The notes under the pieces were generated by a model. That model was not told the origin of the DNA and did not search any database. It was given only the letters and a program-made list of their open reading frames with translations. From a virus: a DNA stretch of 64,000 bases. The stretch covers positions 14,348 through 78,347 of the IMG/VR virus record IMGVR_UViG_3300025872_000050; one strand, written 5' to 3'. The translations under genes were made by a program, and so were the position numbers. Each line of letters opens with the position of its first letter. Positions within the stretch are counted from its first letter, which is position 1. Positions 29,047 to 38,751 of this stretch are shown one piece after another.

Positions 29047-31995
29047 GTGTCTATCAATGAACTACTGAGATCGCTGCTGGGAGACCGGATCCCTCCGGGC
29101 TCGCACGGCGATGTCTCGATCAAGTGCTTCCATCACGAGGATGAGCATAACTCGTGCTCGCTCAACCTCGACACGGGGTTGTGGGTCTGCCATTCGTCTG
29201 GGCAGGGCGGGAACCTGCTCACGGCCGTGAAGCACATCAAGGGATGCTCGTCAGCTGAGGCTAAGAAGTTCATCGCTGAAGCTGGGATCGACATGGGGAA
29301 GGCTCAGCCGAAGACCAAGGCGGACGAGCCCGACAAGATCATCGACGAGTCGATCTCGAAGGTCTATCAGAAGAACCTCGCCCACAATCCCGAGGCGCGC
29401 TCGACTGCGATCACCGACTTTGGCTGGTCGGACGAGGCGATGCGCGAGTTCGAGATCGGCTGGGACGAGAAGACCCAGCGCTACGTCTACCCCATCCGCA
29501 ACGAGATGGGGCAGCTCGTCAACTTCAGGCTGTACGACCCGAAGGCGTCCGGCGAGAACAAGGTCATCTCCTGGAAGAGAGGCCACGGCCAAGTTAGGCT
29601 GTGGCCTTTCACGTCTCTGGACGCGGACACGCTCGTGCTCTGCGAGGGCGAGAAGGACTGCGTCATCATGAACCAGGTCCTTCGCGACAACCGCGTCGAG
29701 GGCTGGGCAGCGATCACCGGCACGGGTGGAGCAGGCACGTGGAAGTCCGCCTGGAACGAGCGCTTCGCTGAGAAGGACGTCATCATCATCTACGACCGCG
29801 ATCCCGCTGGGATCGAGGCTGCGCAGAAGGTGGCGACTGAGCTGATCGACCACGCGACGCGCGTCAAGGTGATCACGCTCGACATCATCCAACCCAAGAA
29901 CGCAGACGTCACCGACTACTTCGTCGTCGGAGGCAAGGGGTGGGACGACCTCAAGCGGCTGATCGACGAGACTGACTACTTCACGCCGCAGACCAAGGTG
30001 CACAAGCCGGTCGGGGTCAAGGACGAGACGCTCTACAAGCCGCACCTCGCAGAGGCGTCAGAGGACCGTTACCTCTACAAGAGGCTCGAGCTCAAGGTCA
30101 TGGTGGCCGGCAAGGACCTCGCGCCGTATGCGGTGCCGAGGACGATGACCTTCGACTGCTACATGGACCAAGGCAACATGTGCAACGGCTGCTCGAACGC
30201 CAACAACAACGGGCTGCAGGTCGTCGACATCCACGACGACGACCCCGACATCATCAAGCTCGTCAAGGTGCCTGAGGACGTGCAGCAGAACGTCATCCGA
30301 CGCAAGCGAGGCATCAACACGCGCTGTCGAGCGGTCGAGGTGACGTCCGACGACTACCACAACGTGGAAGAGGTCACGCTGATCCCGGAGCTCGACTTCA
30401 GCTCGCAGCTCGAACGTGAGCACGTGAGCCGCACGGCGTACGTCATGGAGCACGGGATCATGGCCAACAAGAGCTACGTCATGCGCGGCACGTCTGTGCC
30501 CCATCCCAAGAGCCAGCACGTTGTCCACTTCGTCGAGCAGGTCGACCCGGCACAGGACTCGATCGACGGCTTCGAGCTGGACGACGTCAAGATCGACCGG
30601 CTCAAGAAGTTCCAGGTCAACAAGCCCGGCATCGAGGGAGTGCGCGCCAAGTTCGAGGAGATCGCCCACGACCTGACGATCAACGTGACGCGGATCTACG
30701 GCCGCGAGGACCTGATCGTCTCGGCCGATCTCTGCTACCACTCGGTGATCGCCTTCGACTTCATGGACAAGCCTGTCGCGAAGGCCTGGGGCGACATCAT
30801 CATCCTCGGCGATACGAGGACGGGGAAGTCAGAGACGATCGCGGCGCTCGTGAAGCACTACCGCCTCGGCTCCATGAGCGTGGCCGAGAACACGAGCTTT
30901 GCCGGACTGATCGGCGGCCTGCGTCAGGAAGCTGGCGGACGTTGGTCGATCATGTGGGGCTCGATCCCGCTCAACGATCGGCGGCTGCTCGTGATCGACG
31001 AGGCCTCGGGCCTGTCGGTCGACTCGATCGGAGCCATGTCCGGCATCCGCTCGAACGGCATCGCTGAGATGATCAAGATCGCGGGCATCCAGAGGACGAT
31101 GGCCCGCACGCGGCTGATCTGGATCACCAACCCTCGGAACCCGAGAGCCATGAGCGAGTACTCGCACGGGGTCGAGGTGATCAGGGAGGTGATCGGCCGG
31201 CCGGAGGACATCGCTCGCTTCGACTTCGCCATCAGCGCGGCGACGAACGAGGTCTCGATCGACCTCATCAACGCGTTCACACACGAGCACGTGCCACACG
31301 AGTACACGAGCGACATGTGCCGCTTGCTGATCCTCTGGGCCTGGAGTCGCAAGTCGGAGAACATCGTCTTCACCGAGCCCGCGGTCAAGAAGGTGCTCGA
31401 GCTCGCTACCGAACAGAGCTCCCGCTACGCATCGGAGGGCGGCATCCCGCTCGTCGAAGGAGGCAACCACCGCATCAAGCTCGCCAAGCTGGCGGTCGCC
31501 GCAGCGATCAGAGTCTTCAGCACAGAGGACGGCGTCAACGTCATCGTCAAGCCGGAGCACGTCGAGTTCGTGGCGGGGCACCTCGACCAGCTGTACGAAA
31601 AGCGCTCGCTCGACTACTCCGGCTTCAGCCAGGCAGTGCTGGCGAGGTCGCATGTGCCTGACTCCGCGATCCTCGACGCCGAGGAGTGGGTCAAGCAGAA
31701 CCCCGAGTGGGCCGAGCTCTGGCTGCTCTACCCGGCCCTCAGGGTGGACGACTTCAAGAACCAGTTCGATCTCGAGGTGAAGGAGGTCAAGAGCGAGATC
31801 ATCAGGCCGCTGAGCAAGCTGCGCATGATCGAGAAGTCGCGGGAGAGCGCGTTCCGCAAGACTCCGGTCTTCATCGACGTGCTCAAGCGTATGCGCGAGG
31901 TCGGCCACATCTCGTTCGGCCAGGCCAACGGGTCCGCTCCTGCTGCGGCACCTGTCGCAGCGGCTGTGGCGGATGACGACGACATCCCGTTCTAG
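29047..31995 (+). CDS. DNA primase-helicase fusion: CHC2 zinc finger, TOPRIM and MCM-like AAA+ helicase
   Basis: CFHH..C..C; CEGEKD and DRD; GDTRTGKS, LLVIDE, ARTRLIWITNP, IARFD; C-terminal DDDDIPF. Confidence 0.85.
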   Translation: MSINELLRSLLGDRIPPGSHGDVSIKCFHHEDEHNSCSLNLDTGLWVCHSSGQGGNLLTAVKHIKGCSSAEAKKFIAEAGIDMGKAQPKTKADEPDKIIDESISKVYQKNLAHNPEARSTAITDFGWSDEAMREFEIGWDEKTQRYVYPIRNEMGQLVNFRLYDPKASGENKVISWKRGHGQVRLWPFTSLDADTLVLCEGEKDCVIMNQVLRDNRVEGWAAITGTGGAGTWKSAWNERFAEKDVIIIYDRDPAGIEAAQKVATELIDHATRVKVITLDIIQPKNADVTDYFVVGGKGWDDLKRLIDETDYFTPQTKVHKPVGVKDETLYKPHLAEASEDRYLYKRLELKVMVAGKDLAPYAVPRTMTFDCYMDQGNMCNGCSNANNNGLQVVDIHDDDPDIIKLVKVPEDVQQNVIRRKRGINTRCRAVEVTSDDYHNVEEVTLIPELDFSSQLEREHVSRTAYVMEHGIMANKSYVMRGTSVPHPKSQHVVHFVEQVDPAQDSIDGFELDDVKIDRLKKFQVNKPGIEGVRAKFEEIAHDLTINVTRIYGREDLIVSADLCYHSVIAFDFMDKPVAKAWGDIIILGDTRTGKSETIAALVKHYRLGSMSVAENTSFAGLIGGLRQEAGGRWSIMWGSIPLNDRRLLVIDEASGLSVDSIGAMSGIRSNGIAEMIKIAGIQRTMARTRLIWITNPRNPRAMSEYSHGVEVIREVIGRPEDIARFDFAISAATNEVSIDLINAFTHEHVPHEYTSDMCRLLILWAWSRKSENIVFTEPAVKKVLELATEQSSRYASEGGIPLVEGGNHRIKLAKLAVAAAIRVFSTEDGVNVIVKPEHVEFVAGHLDQLYEKRSLDYSGFSQAVLARSHVPDSAILDAEEWVKQNPEWAELWLLYPALRVDDFKNQFDLEVKEVKSEIIRPLSKLRMIEKSRESAFRKTPVFIDVLKRMREVGHISFGQANGSAPAAAPVAAAVADDDDIPF

Positions 31996-32003
31996 GAGGT
32001 GAC

Positions 32004-32441
32004 ATGGAAAGACAGGAGATGAAGGACCTTGAGCTGTTCCAAGCTCCCGCTGAGTTCGATCCCCTCGAGTCTCAGCGCGAGCTCCAGCGCAAGATCTGGG
32101 CCCGCGGTGTCAACGAAGGCAGAGCACCGGTGCCGCATCACGCGACCGCCGTCACGTACGAACAGCTGCTGCAGCGCATCCGCTTCAACCACGAGGCGGA
32201 CGCCGCAGAGAAGATCGAGATGCTCGACTGGCTGCCGTGGAAGTCATGGAAGACGTACGAGGTCTACCTCGACAAGCCGGTGGACGAAGACACGCGGCTC
32301 GAGCTCAAGTTCGAGCTGATCGACCGCTTCCACTTCATGCTCAACGAAGCGCTCGCGCTGGGCATGACGTGGTCGGAGTTCATGGACATCTTCTTCACCA
32401 AGCAGCTCGAGAACCACCGACGACAGGGCGAGGGATATTGA
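32004..32441 (+). CDS. All-alpha dCTP/dUTP pyrophosphatase (T4 gp56-like)
   Basis: PWKSWK...FELIDRFHF...KQLENHRRQGEGY. Confidence 0.8.
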   Translation: MERQEMKDLELFQAPAEFDPLESQRELQRKIWARGVNEGRAPVPHHATAVTYEQLLQRIRFNHEADAAEKIEMLDWLPWKSWKTYEVYLDKPVDEDTRLELKFELIDRFHFMLNEALALGMTWSEFMDIFFTKQLENHRRQGEGY

Positions 32442-32575
32442 TGGACTTCGAAGATCAGCTGGAGGAGAACTTGCGCGAAGCCGTCCGCAAGATGCTCCGC
32501 AATGAGGCGCCGCTGTGGCACGTGCTCTCAGTGGTCGCAGAAGTCGGCCAGGAGGAAGCAGAGACCGATGACTGA
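32441..32575 (+). CDS. Small hypothetical protein
   Basis: TGATG coupling with the upstream gene. Confidence 0.5.
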   Translation: MDFEDQLEENLREAVRKMLRNEAPLWHVLSVVAEVGQEEAETDD

Positions 32576-33659
32576 CGTGAAGGCTCTGAGCATCATGATG
32601 GGCACGGGAGGCATGGCCGTCGGCTTCGAGAACGCCGGCGTCGAGACGGTCGCCTACCTCGAGAACAACCCGAACTACGGAGCTCCGACCAGGCGCAACT
32701 TCCCCGACGCGTGGCACACCACCGACATGGAGGAGTGGGACGCTGTCGTCGAGGAGTACACGGGAGAGATCCCGATCGTCTACGGCAACCCGCCGTGCCA
32801 GGGCTTGACAGGCGCGAACAAGGCGGCGTCTCCCGACCACTGGAAGAACAAGCTCTTCCCGCAGGCCGTCGAGTGGGCGGTGAAGCTCGAGCCCGAGATC
32901 ATCGCCTTCGAGAACATCCCGCGCATGCTCTCGATGGGTCGCGAGCACCTCGCAGCTGCGGACGAGATCGCGAAGCATCACGGCTACCACCTCTCGATCC
33001 ATCGACACGCAGCTGGAGACTTCGGAGTCTCCCAGCGTCGGCCACGAGTGATGTTCGTCTGGAGCAGGCGGCAGTACCTCTGGCCCAGCCACGAGTACCG
33101 CCCGCCGGCGACGGTCAAGGACGCGATCTCAGACCTCTACGAGGTCACGCCCAACGATGACGGCTCGTGGATGAAGCACGAGGTCCCTCCACAGAGCGAG
33201 TACCAGGAGCTAATGCGCCTCACTCGCGACAGGGCGGGCACGGTCAAAGGCTTCGTCAACCACTACGCTATGTGGACAGCGCCGCATCACAGCGACATCC
33301 CTCAAGGCGGAGCATGGATGGAGATGGAGCGCGAGCTCCTCACCGACAAGGAGCGCGAGCGGCTCGACGCGGGCAGGATCTTCAACGCCGCTGAGATCAG
33401 GCGGCTTCGAGAGGACAAGCACGCGTCCACCGTCACGGCCATGCAGAACAAGATGCACCCGCTCGAGCCTCGGCTGATCAGCGTGCGCGAGGCGGCTCGG
33501 CTGATGGGCTTCCCAGACTGGTTCGAGTTCCCCAACTCGTGGGACTACGGGCAGATGTCAGCGGGCGTGTGTCCGCCGGTCACCGAGTGGTTCGCCAAGA
33601 TGTTCTCGCACGTGCTCGCAGGGACGCCGATCCCGGTCCCTGTCGGAAGGCTCTTCTAA
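32568..33659 (+). CDS. DNA (cytosine-5) methyltransferase
   Basis: GNPPCQG (IV), FENI (VI), QRRPRV (VIII), ISVREAARLMGFPD (IX); motif I is atypical (MMGTGG). Confidence 0.88.
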   Translation: MTDVKALSIMMGTGGMAVGFENAGVETVAYLENNPNYGAPTRRNFPDAWHTTDMEEWDAVVEEYTGEIPIVYGNPPCQGLTGANKAASPDHWKNKLFPQAVEWAVKLEPEIIAFENIPRMLSMGREHLAAADEIAKHHGYHLSIHRHAAGDFGVSQRRPRVMFVWSRRQYLWPSHEYRPPATVKDAISDLYEVTPNDDGSWMKHEVPPQSEYQELMRLTRDRAGTVKGFVNHYAMWTAPHHSDIPQGGAWMEMERELLTDKERERLDAGRIFNAAEIRRLREDKHASTVTAMQNKMHPLEPRLISVREAARLMGFPDWFEFPNSWDYGQMSAGVCPPVTEWFAKMFSHVLAGTPIPVPVGRLF

Positions 33660-33695
33660 GATGTATAATCAAAATATCCACAACTTCAAGGAGGC
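33659..33695 (+). promoter_or_regulatory. Putative promoter (TG-TATAAT) upstream of the clamp/glycosyltransferase operon
   Basis: Perfect TATAAT at 33664-69 in an AT-rich gap, followed by AAGGAGG. Confidence 0.55.
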
Positions 33696-33698
33696 TGC

Positions 33699-34793
33699 AT
33701 GTCCACAGTAGCGACCAAGACAGAGGTCTCGGTCGACCGCGACGAGCTGCTCAACGCTCTCCTGTCCGTCGGAGGGTACGCAGCGAAGTCGCATCACGTC
33801 GACCAGTACCGCTGGCTCCGGCTGACCGTCACAGCCGACAGCGCGATGTTCTCGGCCAGCAACGGCGACGTCGCGGCGTCGCGGTACCTCTCGCTTTCGG
33901 GCCCGGAGATGGACATCCTCGTCCCGCGGCGTCTGATCGACGTCACCAAGGCGATGCCGTCCGGCGCGACGCTCAAGCTGACGTTCGGGGATGGCAAGGT
34001 GAGCGTGTATGGAGGCAAGGGCACGACGCGCTTCAAGCTCGGGCTCTCGTCGCAGGAACCGCTCGGGATCGACACGGGCACGAGGCTCGACTGGAGCGAC
34101 GCCATCGTCCTCACCCAGAGGACGCTGGACGCGTTCGCAGTCGCGTCTCAGTTCTGCGGGTACGACCCCTCGCGGCCGATGCTCCAGAACGTCCAGCTCA
34201 AGGACGGGATGATGATGTCGACCGACACGCACCGCATGTTCTGCGCCAAGGTCGACGGCATCGATCTCGACGACCTCGCGATCCCGGGCTCGGTCATCGG
34301 GCAGCTGAACAACTTCGGCGCGGCCCAGCTCATGTTCAACGACTCCACCGTCTACGGGCGCAACAGCGACTTCTTCTTCCGCGCTCGCCGGATCGACGGT
34401 GCGTTCCCGGACCTGTCCACCATGATCCAGAACGTCCTGGACACGGACGGCTCGTTCAACGTGGGCGTCGACGCAGACTCGCTGATCGACGCGCTCAACA
34501 GCGTCGCGGTCATCTCGTCCGGGCCGTCGCAGACCATCTCGATGAAGCTGGGCGAGGGTCAGCTGGCGCTCGACTTGACGAACCAGGACGGCGACGCTCG
34601 CGAGGAGGTCTCAGCCACGGACTCTCGCGACCTGCGGGTCGGCTTCAACCTCGAGCAGCTCCGGAGCGGGCTCAAGCTGTTCTCCGGCAAGAAGCTCACG
34701 ATGACGTTCGTCAACGAGCTGCGACCCGTCGTGCTGTCCAGCCCAGACGCGACGGACGAGACCCGATTCATGATCGCACCGGTGCGGATCTGA
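33699..34793 (+). CDS. dnaN: DNA polymerase III beta sliding clamp
   Basis: 364 aa; SRPMLQNV, STDTHRM, IDGAFPD, VGFN and MIAPVR motifs. Confidence 0.9.
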   Translation: MSTVATKTEVSVDRDELLNALLSVGGYAAKSHHVDQYRWLRLTVTADSAMFSASNGDVAASRYLSLSGPEMDILVPRRLIDVTKAMPSGATLKLTFGDGKVSVYGGKGTTRFKLGLSSQEPLGIDTGTRLDWSDAIVLTQRTLDAFAVASQFCGYDPSRPMLQNVQLKDGMMMSTDTHRMFCAKVDGIDLDDLAIPGSVIGQLNNFGAAQLMFNDSTVYGRNSDFFFRARRIDGAFPDLSTMIQNVLDTDGSFNVGVDADSLIDALNSVAVISSGPSQTISMKLGEGQLALDLTNQDGDAREEVSATDSRDLRVGFNLEQLRSGLKLFSGKKLTMTFVNELRPVVLSSPDATDETRFMIAPVRI

Positions 34794-34987
34794 TGGCTGC
34801 CGATATTCGTTACTACGAGGCGATCGCTCGCAAGCTGGTCGACATCGGCGCGGAGCTCGATCCTGAGCACCAAGCGGCATGGGACGAGATCGACAGAGGC
34901 GAGCAGAACTTCGCCATCGAGGTCATCCGCAAGGCCGTCGACGACAAGATCATCGAGCCAGGCGTCTGGCTCTTTCCCAAGCCGTAG
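34793..34987 (+). CDS. Small hypothetical protein
   Basis: TGATG coupling with the upstream gene. Confidence 0.5.
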   Translation: MAADIRYYEAIARKLVDIGAELDPEHQAAWDEIDRGEQNFAIEVIRKAVDDKIIEPGVWLFPKP

Positions 34988-34996
34988 GAGGCTGCA

Positions 34997-36265
34997 ATGA
35001 AGCTGTTCTGGTACGACCGCGGGCTCTGCAACCAGAGCTCAGCGATCGCGAACCTCCCCGAAGAGGACGAAGTCTTCATGGTCTTCAGCCCGGGGCTCAA
35101 GCACACCGAGCCGAACATGACCGGCAACGAGCTCTGGAAGGTGCCGCTGCTGCACCACCTTGCAGACTCGGGTCACGAGATCACGCGCGGGTCGACTCGC
35201 AGGATCGAGCCGTCGGAGGAGCGGGACTTCGACCTGCGTCGCCTGCGCGACATGTACCCCGAGTACGGAGCCTTCGTCCGCGATCGCGACCCGATGCTGG
35301 ACACGGCGATCTGGGACATCCACAAGGAGCTCGAGCAGGAGTACATCAAGGAGGGCGTCGGCGACCGCATCAACACGGCCGACGTCATCAAGAAGTGGCT
35401 CAAGGAGAAGCCGTTCGGCACCGGGCCGGACGTCGACCTAGCGCTGTTCATCGTCATGAGGAGCAACCCGATCTCTGCTCTCGAGCAGACGTACCAGATC
35501 GCCATGTTCCTCATGCGCGGCATCCCGGTCATGCTCTGGGACCACGATCGGCAGATCGCCGGCACCGCTCGCAGCCTCATGCACGGCGGGCTCGACTGGC
35601 CGCACCCGCTGATCACGGTCATCGCTCCGTACGACGTCGACAACAACTGGGGAGTCCCGGAGCTGATCGACTTCCCCTACACGGAGCACCTCGAGACCTA
35701 CACGCCGATCGCGGAGCGCGAGTACCCGGGGCAGGTCTACTGCGGCAACGACTACGCTCGCGACGCGGAGTTCGCCGCGTACGTCTTCCCGCAGGCCGCC
35801 GCCGGCACGCCCACGTGGATCTGGGGCAAGTTCGACGGCCCTGACGGGCTCGACAAGCAGACCAAGTGGCCGATGGTCAACTGGATGGGGCGCGTGCCGG
35901 CGAACAAGGTCCCGCGCAAGCTGGCACAGGGCCTCTTCACCGTCAACATCGTCAAGAACACGTACCCCAAGATCGGCCTCATCACGCAGCGCACGTTCGA
36001 CTCCGTCTGCTACGGCACGCTGCAGATGGCGGACGGCAAGATCCACCGCATCGGGAAGTACGTCCCCGAGGACTACATCGTCCGCTCCGAGCGCGAGGCC
36101 GTCGAGCTCGGACAGAAGATCCTCACGTACAGCGACGAGGAGTACCGCGACGAGCTCCAGAAGCAGCGGGCGCTCGTGAAGACCAACACGCTGGAGGGCT
36201 ACTTCTTCCCGCGGTTCGACGAGCTCATGGAGCTCGCCCTCTCAAAGGCTGGTGTGGCTGCGTGA
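34997..36265 (+). CDS. GT-B glycosyltransferase, DNA beta-glucosyltransferase-like
   Basis: YCGNDY.R...IWGK...GRVP...VNIVK..Y....ITQRTFD..; position in the DNA metabolism operon. Confidence 0.6.
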   Translation: MKLFWYDRGLCNQSSAIANLPEEDEVFMVFSPGLKHTEPNMTGNELWKVPLLHHLADSGHEITRGSTRRIEPSEERDFDLRRLRDMYPEYGAFVRDRDPMLDTAIWDIHKELEQEYIKEGVGDRINTADVIKKWLKEKPFGTGPDVDLALFIVMRSNPISALEQTYQIAMFLMRGIPVMLWDHDRQIAGTARSLMHGGLDWPHPLITVIAPYDVDNNWGVPELIDFPYTEHLETYTPIAEREYPGQVYCGNDYARDAEFAAYVFPQAAAGTPTWIWGKFDGPDGLDKQTKWPMVNWMGRVPANKVPRKLAQGLFTVNIVKNTYPKIGLITQRTFDSVCYGTLQMADGKIHRIGKYVPEDYIVRSEREAVELGQKILTYSDEEYRDELQKQRALVKTNTLEGYFFPRFDELMELALSKAGVAA

Positions 36266-37023
36266 CCGCGCGAGAGCACCTCAGCCAGCTCCCGATGTAC
36301 TACATCAACCTCGACAAGGACGTCTCGCGCCACACGGGGTTCCTCACGGAGATGGCTCCGCTCTTCGGGTCCGCGACCAGGATCGCGGGCATCGAGGGGT
36401 GGACGCTCCCGGACGAAGAGGTCGTCGCGTTTCGCCTGCGGCACGCCGAACACGCCGGCAAGCCTGCGCCGACCAAGTGGACGGAGCGGGTTTGGCGCAT
36501 CGCGCGTGGGATGCTCGGGTGCTCGCGCTCGTTCCAGCTCGCGCTGCGGACGGGGCTCGAAGCGGGTCACGAGCGGTTCGTCCTGTGCGAGGACGACGCG
36601 AGGCCCCGCCTCGAGCTGCTGGACATCGTCGAGCCTCCTGGCGGCGACATGGTCGGGTGGGGAGGCATGCAGTTCGCCGCAGCCGCGACGGACGACGCGC
36701 TCTTCCTCTCCGGAAAGCCGCACCGCTGGAAGCCGCTCGACAAGCCGCAGCACGGGTCGCACGGGTTCTTCTGCATGCACTGCTACGAGGTCACGCCTCG
36801 GTTCGCGGAGGCCCTGCTCGAAGTCATGGCGCTCGAGGACCGCTATAACGATTGGTGCTGGAACGTGCTGTGGGGGCCGCGGTTCACCGCATGGCAGAGC
36901 CTGCCGCAGGTCTTCTGCATCAGGTCTGGGAACCTGAGCACCATCCGTGGGACGGTCTCCGCGAACGGCAGGACGGACAGCTTCAACCCAGTACCCCAAC
37001 TCACCCAGGAGCCGCTGCTATGA
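36262..37023 (+). CDS. Glycosyltransferase family 25-like
   Basis: YYINLD...R...GCSRS...VLCEDDA. Confidence 0.75.
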   Translation: MTAREHLSQLPMYYINLDKDVSRHTGFLTEMAPLFGSATRIAGIEGWTLPDEEVVAFRLRHAEHAGKPAPTKWTERVWRIARGMLGCSRSFQLALRTGLEAGHERFVLCEDDARPRLELLDIVEPPGGDMVGWGGMQFAAAATDDALFLSGKPHRWKPLDKPQHGSHGFFCMHCYEVTPRFAEALLEVMALEDRYNDWCWNVLWGPRFTAWQSLPQVFCIRSGNLSTIRGTVSANGRTDSFNPVPQLTQEPLL

Positions 37024-37742
37024 AGGTCTCATGCGTCATGCCCGTCTGCGGGAGGCTCGACTTCACCCGCAAGGCTGTGGACTACTTCTTCCGACAGACG
37101 GAGGCTGACTCCGAGCTCATCATCGTCGACGACTGGGACGAGCCGACACGCACCGTCTACGAAGAGGCGCTCGACATCCCGACGTGGAAGCCACGCATCC
37201 GCTACGTGCGAGGGTACGCAGCAGAGATGCCTGCTGGGCCTAAGCGCAACATGGGCGCCGCAGCTGCGATCGGCGAGTACATCCTCCACTGGGATGACGA
37301 TGACTGGTACGCTCCCACGAGGATCGAGCACCAGATCTCCCGTCTCGAGGGCAACGACGACGTGGACATCACGTGGATGCCCAACGCCGTCTCGTTCTAC
37401 ATCAACACAGGATCGTCATGGGTGCCTCGTCCCGACTCGCACTGGCTCACGAACGGGACCGTGGTCCTCGGAGGCTCGCTCGCGTACAAGCGGCACGTGT
37501 GGGACGCGGGTGTGCGCTACGAGAACCGCACGTACGCCGACGAAGAGAACTTCTGCCGCGACGCACGAAAGATGGGGTTCAAGCAGGAGCGCGACGTCAC
37601 GCCTGAGCAGTGGATGATCATCAGGCACGACGGCCACGGGCGCAAGCATCGGCCGGGCCCATCAATGATGGCCGGCAAGCCGACCTACGTCCCCGAGAGC
37701 GATCTCGAGTTCTACCGCATGATGGGAGGGGCGCTGCTGTGA
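37020..37742 (+). CDS. Glycosyltransferase family 2
   Basis: VSCVMP, ELIIVDD, KRN, HWDDDDWY. Confidence 0.85.
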   Translation: MKVSCVMPVCGRLDFTRKAVDYFFRQTEADSELIIVDDWDEPTRTVYEEALDIPTWKPRIRYVRGYAAEMPAGPKRNMGAAAAIGEYILHWDDDDWYAPTRIEHQISRLEGNDDVDITWMPNAVSFYINTGSSWVPRPDSHWLTNGTVVLGGSLAYKRHVWDAGVRYENRTYADEENFCRDARKMGFKQERDVTPEQWMIIRHDGHGRKHRPGPSMMAGKPTYVPESDLEFYRMMGGALL

Positions 37743-38386
37743 TCAGCGTCGTCACGCCCAGCCTCAACCAGGGCCGCTTCATCCGCAAGAACATCGAGTC
37801 GGTGCTTGACCAGGACGTGGTAGCTGAGCACATCGTCATCGACGGCGGCAGCACAGACGAGACGCTGAGCATCCTGGCCGAGTACCCTCATCTGAAGTGG
37901 GTGAGCGAGCCGGACAGCGGGCAGTCTGAGGCGATCAACAAAGGGCTGCGCATGGCGACGGGCGACATCTTGGTCTGGCTCAACAGCGACGACATGCACA
38001 TGCCGCAGACGTACGGGCTCGTGCAGGTCTTGCTCGAGGAGAGCGACGTGATCGCAGGCAACTGCTACGCGATCCAGATGGACGGGTCGTGGAAGCTACA
38101 TCGTGCGAGGTTCACGTGCCTCGCAGACCTCATGAGCAAGCACTACCACGTACATCAGCCCGCCGTCTTCCTGAAGCGCAAGGTGTACGAAGAGGTTGGA
38201 GACTTGAGGGAGGACCTGCACCTGATCATGGACTTCGACTACTGGGTCAGAGTCATCTTGGCTGGGTTCCGAGTGACTACGGTCAAACACGCTCTGGCCG
38301 CGGTGCACAGGCATCCGGACGCCAAGACGGGCGTCAGCTACGCGCAGTACAACCGTGAACGTATGAGTTACATCAAGGAGCTGTGA
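37739..38386 (+). CDS. Glycosyltransferase family 2 (WfgS/WcaE-like)
   Basis: ISVVTPSLNQ, IDGGSTDET, GQSEAINKG, WLNSDD. Confidence 0.9.
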   Translation: MISVVTPSLNQGRFIRKNIESVLDQDVVAEHIVIDGGSTDETLSILAEYPHLKWVSEPDSGQSEAINKGLRMATGDILVWLNSDDMHMPQTYGLVQVLLEESDVIAGNCYAIQMDGSWKLHRARFTCLADLMSKHYHVHQPAVFLKRKVYEEVGDLREDLHLIMDFDYWVRVILAGFRVTTVKHALAAVHRHPDAKTGVSYAQYNRERMSYIKEL

Positions 38387-38751
38387 TGCCTGAAGACATC
38401 GGTCCCGGCCACAAGTTCGACGACGGAAAGCCGAAGGTCGACCTCGTCGACCCGGAGTTCATCTACGACGTCGCGATCGCAGCGGAGTACGGCGCCAAGA
38501 AGTACGCGCCGTGGAACTGGCTCGGCGGCTTCGCGTACATGCGCTGCTTCGCATCGATCATGAGGCACCTGCTGGAGTGGGCTCGAGGGCGCGACGTGGA
38601 CGAGGAGTCCGGGCTGCCCCACCTCAGTATGGCGGCCGCTCAGCTGATGTTTCTCATGCACCAAGTCCGCAGGCCCGAGCAGTACGGGCACCTGGACGAC
38701 CGCCCCAAGTTCGAAGACGTCGAGATCAAGAAGGAGGATGATCGCTGGTGA
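38386..38751 (+). CDS. dATP/dGTP diphosphohydrolase-domain protein (DUF5664-like)
   Basis: KFDDGKP...YGAKKY..WNW..G...RHL..W..G...DEESGLPHL. Confidence 0.85.
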   Translation: MPEDIGPGHKFDDGKPKVDLVDPEFIYDVAIAAEYGAKKYAPWNWLGGFAYMRCFASIMRHLLEWARGRDVDEESGLPHLSMAAAQLMFLMHQVRRPEQYGHLDDRPKFEDVEIKKEDDRW

